The position numbers were made by a program, and so were the translations under genes. 64,000 nucleotides of DNA from Marsupella aquatica. Taxonomy: Eukaryota; Plantae; Marchantiophyta. Below, one piece after another: positions 58,595 through 64,000 of the stretch. How positions within the stretch are numbered: the stretch's first letter is position 1; every line of letters starts with the position of its first letter. Location of the stretch: contig OZ316894.1 of assembly GCA_973895155.1 (NCBI GenBank), positions 310,001-374,000 on the forward strand. The letters are read 5' to 3'. A model generated the notes under the pieces. That model saw nothing but the letters and a program-made list of their open reading frames with translations. It was not told the DNA's origin and searched no databases.

Positions 58595-61500
58595 CTACCT
58601 CCGCTGGTCGGTAAAGCTCGTTCTGAAACGGGTAGCCAAAGTTAAAGATACCTTATGTAGGTGACCCTGTACCATGACGTAAGGCCCGGCTTTCCGTAGA
58701 AACACAGCGGCGGCTTCCTGGTTGATGCCGTCAGGGATGCGGCCTGTCAAAAGGAAGGTGATTATTGAGCCGTACCACGTTGGCGTCCCTGCCCCTACAT
58801 GAAACAACTCCTCATCCAGAAAAATATCATCAATTGGCTGATCGACTGGTACGCCGTCCAGCCTTGAGAAGAAGTCGGCGTTGAGGTGTGCCTTTCCTGG
58901 CCGAACCCGAACTTCGTAGTTAAATTCCTGGAGAAGTAGCACCCACCGGGCTATCCGTCCCGTCACGTCTGCTTTGTTGACCATGTACTTCAGGCTATCA
59001 TGGTCCATGTGGAATATGACCTTGTAGCCAAGCAGATAGTGTCGGAACTTCTTACATGAGTAGATTATTCCCAGTGCTTCTCGATCCGTGGGGGAATAAT
59101 TTTTTTTGGCTGTGAATAATTGACGGCTAGCGAAGTAGATGGGGTGGTCGCGTCCGTCCTTATCAAGTTGACTGAGCACAGACCCGATACAGAACCCTGA
59201 CACATCGACATACACGTGGAACTCCTTATTCCAGTCCGGAGTGACCATGATAGGTGCGGTGATGAGTTGTCTACGGAGTTCTTCAAAAGCAATCCATCTT
59301 CTAGGTGTCTCCTCGATCACTGCGTCCTTTTTCATCATCTCGGTCAAAGGCAACGCTATTTTAGCAAAGTCTTTAATGAACCGACGGTAATACCCTACAC
59401 AGCCCAAGAAGGATCGTACCGCCTTTTGATCTACGAGAAACACCACCGCCATCCAGGCCGCGACCTTCTCTTGGTCCACCTCGATACCCCGTTTGGACAC
59501 ACAATGCCCGAGTAACACTCCCTCCTCTACCCCGAAGAAGCACTTGGCGGGATGTAGCTTGAGGTTAACTTCTCGGCATCGTTGCAACGTACGTCTTAGG
59601 TGTTCGGGGTGCATGGCGACGGTTCCAAAGATGGCAAAGTCGTCGATAAATATCTCCAGAAATTCCCGTAGGAAATCGTGGAAGATATTCATCATGAGTC
59701 GCTGAAACATGGCCGGGGCGTTACACAGACCGAAAGGCATTCTCCGAAATGCGAAAGTTCCCCATTCCGTAGTGAATGTTGTTTTGAGCTGATCTGAGAG
59801 GCGAATCCAGATTTGGTTATAACCCGAATACCCGTCAAGAAATGTATAAATTTCATTTCGGCTACCATATCTAGAACCATATCCGTAAATGGTAACGGGT
59901 AATGGTCTTTTTGGGTCGCGTCATTCAGCTTACGGTAGTCCTGACAGATCCGGATTTTAGGTTTTCCGTCCGTACCTCCCTTTTTTGGTACAATGACAAT
60001 GGGAGAGACCTAGTCGCTGGCCATTACCGGGTAGATGATATCTGCGGCAAGGAGACGGTCAATTTCCTCCTTCACTAAGATGGAGTACCTCGGGTTCATG
60101 CGACGTTGTCGCTGCCGTACTGCATGGGCCCCCAGATTCAAATCGATCGTGTGTTCTCCCAACTCGGGGGAGACTCCTGTTAAATCGTGATGGCTCCATG
60201 CAAACACATCTTCATATTCCTTGAGAAGAGCTTGGATGGATTTTTCCGCTTCCCCCGTCAGAGCGTGGCCCCGGTTAAAAGATTTATCCATCCCAATGGT
60301 GTACTTCCGGTAGTGTTCCTTCCTGATGACTTCAACCTGGTTCCGCAAACTCGGGTCCAGGCTAGCATCAAGTTCAGCTAACCGAACTCCTCCGTACATG
60401 GGTGGAACCGGGATTGGTCTCGGGATTGGAGTTACTTCCTCCAATTGCAGGATAGACGGATCCCAAGAAACTTGTTTCTTATGTCTCGGTCTCGGGTTTT
60501 CGGCCTCGGGCGGTTGTTTGGCTGGTTCGTGGTCATGAGGCTCTGCACTGGTAGAAGCAGCATCGGCTCCCTGCTTAGCTGGAGCCGTGTCCTCCGTAGT
60601 GATTTGCGTTTCCTCATCCCGGGCAGTAGAGGTGCTCGGGGTGGACTCAATAGCAGCCTTCGGGTAATTCAGGAGATGCGTTTTGCGGGTTGCCTCAACT
60701 CCGAAGACATCTTCCTCGGACAGGGACGAGATGAGTTCAATCATATTGAGTTCCTCTTCCTCCGAGGTCTCCGAATCATATTCGTCGGGTCCCTGTGGGG
60801 TTTCACCCTGATAATCGTCCATTGCCCATGATACCCGTACTGTGGGTGTCCTGAACCGTAGCTCCTTCTTTCCCCAATCCGTGACCACACGGCCACCGTA
60901 CAGCCACGGCCGGCCTAGGAGGACCGGATAAGAGGAGGGCCGAACCGGCCTCATGACTAGGAAGTTGAGATAGAACTCCACCCCTCCTACCAGAGTGAGT
61001 ACCCGTGTGAGCGTGCCCAATGGAAGAACCCTTGCCCCATTTGCTAATCTGATAGCTCGGGCTGTGGGTTGATACGTAAGGTATCCTAACTTGACTGACG
61101 TTTCTTCAGTCATGATGTTGACTCCCGCTCCTCCGTCTACGAGAACCATTTTGATGGTACAATTATTAATTTCAATCGAGATGTCCGGCGCTCCCAGGTC
61201 CTCGCATATCATGTTGCAATCCGCGATCCCAACTCGGGGTAGTCGCCTCCGTCGTCGACCCGTAAGCAACTCCCTCAGTTGCCATTGGTATTGTGGATTG
61301 TTCTGCAACAGTTGTCCTACCGTTGCTGTAACCGGGCAACTCTTCACGTCTTCCTTAATATCATAGTCCTCCTTCATTTCTTCCTTCGGCTGCTGCTTGA
61401 CTTCCTCTTGCTTTTCTTGCTTTTCTTGCTCCTGTCGCCGAGCGGTCTCGGCTGCTTTGATGTCCTTATCGATTGCCTTCTGGTATTCCCGAGCTTCGTA

Positions 61501-61857
61501 GGCCTCCAGCTGTTTCTTTACCAATTCTTTGATGCGGGGGAAAAATAGCTTCGGGTCGTCCCGACGGTAGTCATCGTCCTTCTCTGGGGGTATATCTATC
61601 ACTGGCTGCACCGGAGTAGTATCTTGCTTTTTCCTGCGTTTCTCCTCCTGCTTTTCTTCCTTCCGTTCGGCTCTTGTTGACACATGATAGCACTCAGCCT
61701 CGTCAGATGGATTAGGGTGATCCGCCACGTCCACCAGATTCACCCACTCGGTGTTGTCATCTTGCCATTCCACCGCAATCATTTGGACAACCGCATCACT
61801 CGTGGCCGGTCCGCCCTGGGCTGGTCTTGCTGCATTTGTTCGAGCGGCCATTACCAA
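58595..61857 (-). pseudogene. pol: Gypsy pol: protease-RT-RNase H, disrupted, integrase absent
   Basis: LVDGGAG, LLGRPWL, MPFGLCNAP, FIDDF, FLGCVGYYRRFI, YVDVS. Homology breaks after VQGHLHK at ~58655. Confidence 0.92.
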
Positions 61858-61890
61858 CGGACAGTTGGCCGTGGAATGAGCTTCCGTTTT

Positions 61891-63165
61891 TCAGACTTGA
61901 CAAAGTGGTGTGCCACGGCCATCCCCCTGGCGTCTTGGTTCTGTGCATTCCCTCTCAAAGTGACCGGGCTTCTCACAGTTGTAACAAACCGGGGATCGCC
62001 AAATCCCTGGTTTAGGAGGAATCCTAGGGTTACTGATAACTTGGAAGCCTCGGCCATTGTTTGGGTAGGGGTATGCAGTTCTACCTGCTAAGTTACGTGG
62101 ACCCACCATTGAAATCTGATACGCCGAATCAGGAGGGTCTTCAAAGAAATACTCCGTGGACTCCGCTTCAGGTCCCGGGTTGTCGACATCATCAAATTTC
62201 ACCTGGTGAACTCGGTTCTTCCATCTTGGGCATTCTTGCACGACATGCCCAGATTGGAAGCACTTTGAACACCACGCATGGGCTCGGATCTCAGATGGTT
62301 TCTTCTTCTCCACCGGCTTTTCCGCGAGATGTACTGACAGTGCTTTGAGACGATCCGTGATTTCGTTAAGCTTGTCTGCTTTGGCAGTCTTTGGATCGAG
62401 TATCGTTCTTCGAGTATGGGATTTGAGTTTCCCCTCCTTCTTAACCCGCCTTTTCTTCTTCTTGCTCCGGCTCTCACTTTCCAAATCACTTTCTGATGAG
62501 CTGGAGGTGGAGGACCCGCTGTTCGAAGTTGAATCCGAACTAGATTCCGTCTCCGAACTGGACGAGGTCGAACGATGTTTCTTCTTCTTCTTGCGTTTCT
62601 TCTTCTTCTCGTCATCTGATTCGGAGTCACTGTCACTGAAGGTCTCGTACTTGCCCTTCTTGCGGCGTGCCCGCTGGCTTCGCTGGGAGTTATATGTGGA
62701 CTCCCGGTAGGTTTCGGCGCACGCTATGGCCGCTTGCATTGAAATTGGATTGTTCTGGCGCACCCAGAATTGCATATTCGTGGGCAAACCATGGAGGAAC
62801 CATGTAAGCTGGAGTGCGTCACCCGGCCTGGGCCGTATCTTGGCAGCAAGTTTCTGAAACTTCTGGATGAACTTTCGCAGGGACTCATTTTTTCCCATGC
62901 GAAGCTGGCCAATCTTTAATAAAGAGCGCTGCTCGGATCCAATAGCACAAAATTCTTGCAACAACGCAGCTTGGAATTGTGCCCATGTAATCCCGGGTGG
63001 CAACGAGTTGTACCATGGACGAGCTTCTCCCCACATCACTCCGGGGAGGATGGTTAGCTTAATGGCGTCTTCCCCGTTAGCCTTAGTAGTGGCTTCAAAC
63101 TCATCCAACCATTCATCCGGATCATCCCCATGACGCCCTTTGAAAGGTCGATAATGAAACCGCAA
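61891..63165 (-). CDS. gag: Gypsy gag with CCHC knuckles
   Basis: FKGRHGDDPDEWL, WFLHGL, CSKCFQSGHVVQEC, CYNCEKPGHFEREC. Confidence 0.9.
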   Translation of the reverse strand: MRFHYRPFKGRHGDDPDEWLDEFEATTKANGEDAIKLTILPGVMWGEARPWYNSLPPGITWAQFQAALLQEFCAIGSEQRSLLKIGQLRMGKNESLRKFIQKFQKLAAKIRPRPGDALQLTWFLHGLPTNMQFWVRQNNPISMQAAIACAETYRESTYNSQRSQRARRKKGKYETFSDSDSESDDEKKKKRKKKKKHRSTSSSSETESSSDSTSNSGSSTSSSSESDLESESRSKKKKRRVKKEGKLKSHTRRTILDPKTAKADKLNEITDRLKALSVHLAEKPVEKKKPSEIRAHAWCSKCFQSGHVVQECPRWKNRVHQVKFDDVDNPGPEAESTEYFFEDPPDSAYQISMVGPRNLAGRTAYPYPNNGRGFQVISNPRIPPKPGIWRSPVCYNCEKPGHFERECTEPRRQGDGRGTPLCQV

Positions 63166-64000
63166 TCATTGCGATATTTGCGGAGGAGCTTGGGCAGCGC
63201 GGGCCATCGGTGGGGTGGCTGCCATAGGTGGTGGCGGTGGTGGCGCAGGAACCGCAGCAGGACCGGTCGAACCGGACCCCAAAGGTCCCGGTGGTATGTT
63301 CATTCGTCAGGGCGATTGCGAGTCCTCCGAGCCAGAAGAGTCGGAGCTTGTTGGGGTCGCACTTTCTCGTTCGCTGGTCAATCTCCTCAAGTAAGCTGCT
63401 TGAGAACGAGTGACAGGCATTTACTCGTGTAAATGCAATGGTTAGTACTAGGGCTTGGTGTATTCTGCCCAGGCGAATACGCACATGTCTCCCCTCTACG
63501 GTATGTAGAGTGCCCCCTCCATCTAGCGCCAAAAACAAAGGCTATGTCACGTCGTTGGCGTTGGCCTTAACTCGGGCTTCGACTTAGACGGGCACATTCT
63601 TCGTAACAATGAGGGTTCGGGCAGGGAGGGAAGCACGTAATGCACCTAATTCGTGTAAACTAGCGCTAAGTGCGCCTACTATTAGATACGGACACATCCT
63701 AGGTATGGTTTGTGTTCCGCCGCCAGAACGTACCTTAGTCGATAGCAGGATCGACCCCGGCTTAAGGGCTTCTAAACCTTCATGCTGTCCGCCTTCGATC
63801 CAGATTTGATAATACAGGTCCTCAACCCGTGCTCGCAACCACTTACCCGCAAGCTGCACCCCGTGCACGACTCGGGTAGTGCGTTCGGCCCGGCGTTGTC
63901 GCCTATACACAAGATTCACACTTACACATACACGCACAAGCATACAATCTCGATTTACACGAAGGAAGTAGTGGGAAAGGATTTTACTACAAAGGGGACA

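Larger units (their letters stand above)
55303..64000 (-). mobile_element. Ty3/Gypsy LTR retrotransposon (non-chromovirus type) lacking integrase, with a 3' extra ORF
   Basis: LTR copies start at 55303 and 63545 (9 mismatches in 456 bp compared). PBS TGGCGCTAGATGGAGGGG at 63514-63531 (tRNA-Asn-like). The 5' LTR is cut by the window end. Confidence 0.95.

Overview
Eukaryotic nuclear DNA, almost certainly from a moss (moss-type PLS-DYW PPR gene, bryophyte-type MULE/SWIM and Sola1-like transposases). About 85% of the window is nested transposable elements. Left half (1-~31.4 kb): a decayed block that looks like a large composite DNA element. It carries a Sola1/DUF7869-like transposase (minus strand), a divergently oriented ParB/Srx-like plus amino-methyltransferase-fold gene, an FCP1/NIF HAD phosphatase-like ORF and a GCM-MULE-SWIM gene. 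About 45 copies of a 21-bp GATC-centred palindrome on a 28-bp period lie in the non-coding DNA between and within the first two genes. Nested in this block are MITEs, a TG...CA element family with 5-bp TSDs (two short copies and one long ORF-bearing copy across the window) and a complete Bianca-type Copia. Right half: Gypsy-derived extra-ORF cassettes, solo LTRs, one intact host gene (PLS-E-DYW PPR, 47666-51439), a ~90-bp mitochondrial nad5 fragment, a second Bianca Copia, and an integrase-less Gypsy running off the window end. All domain calls are by-eye motif recognition; no database search was run.
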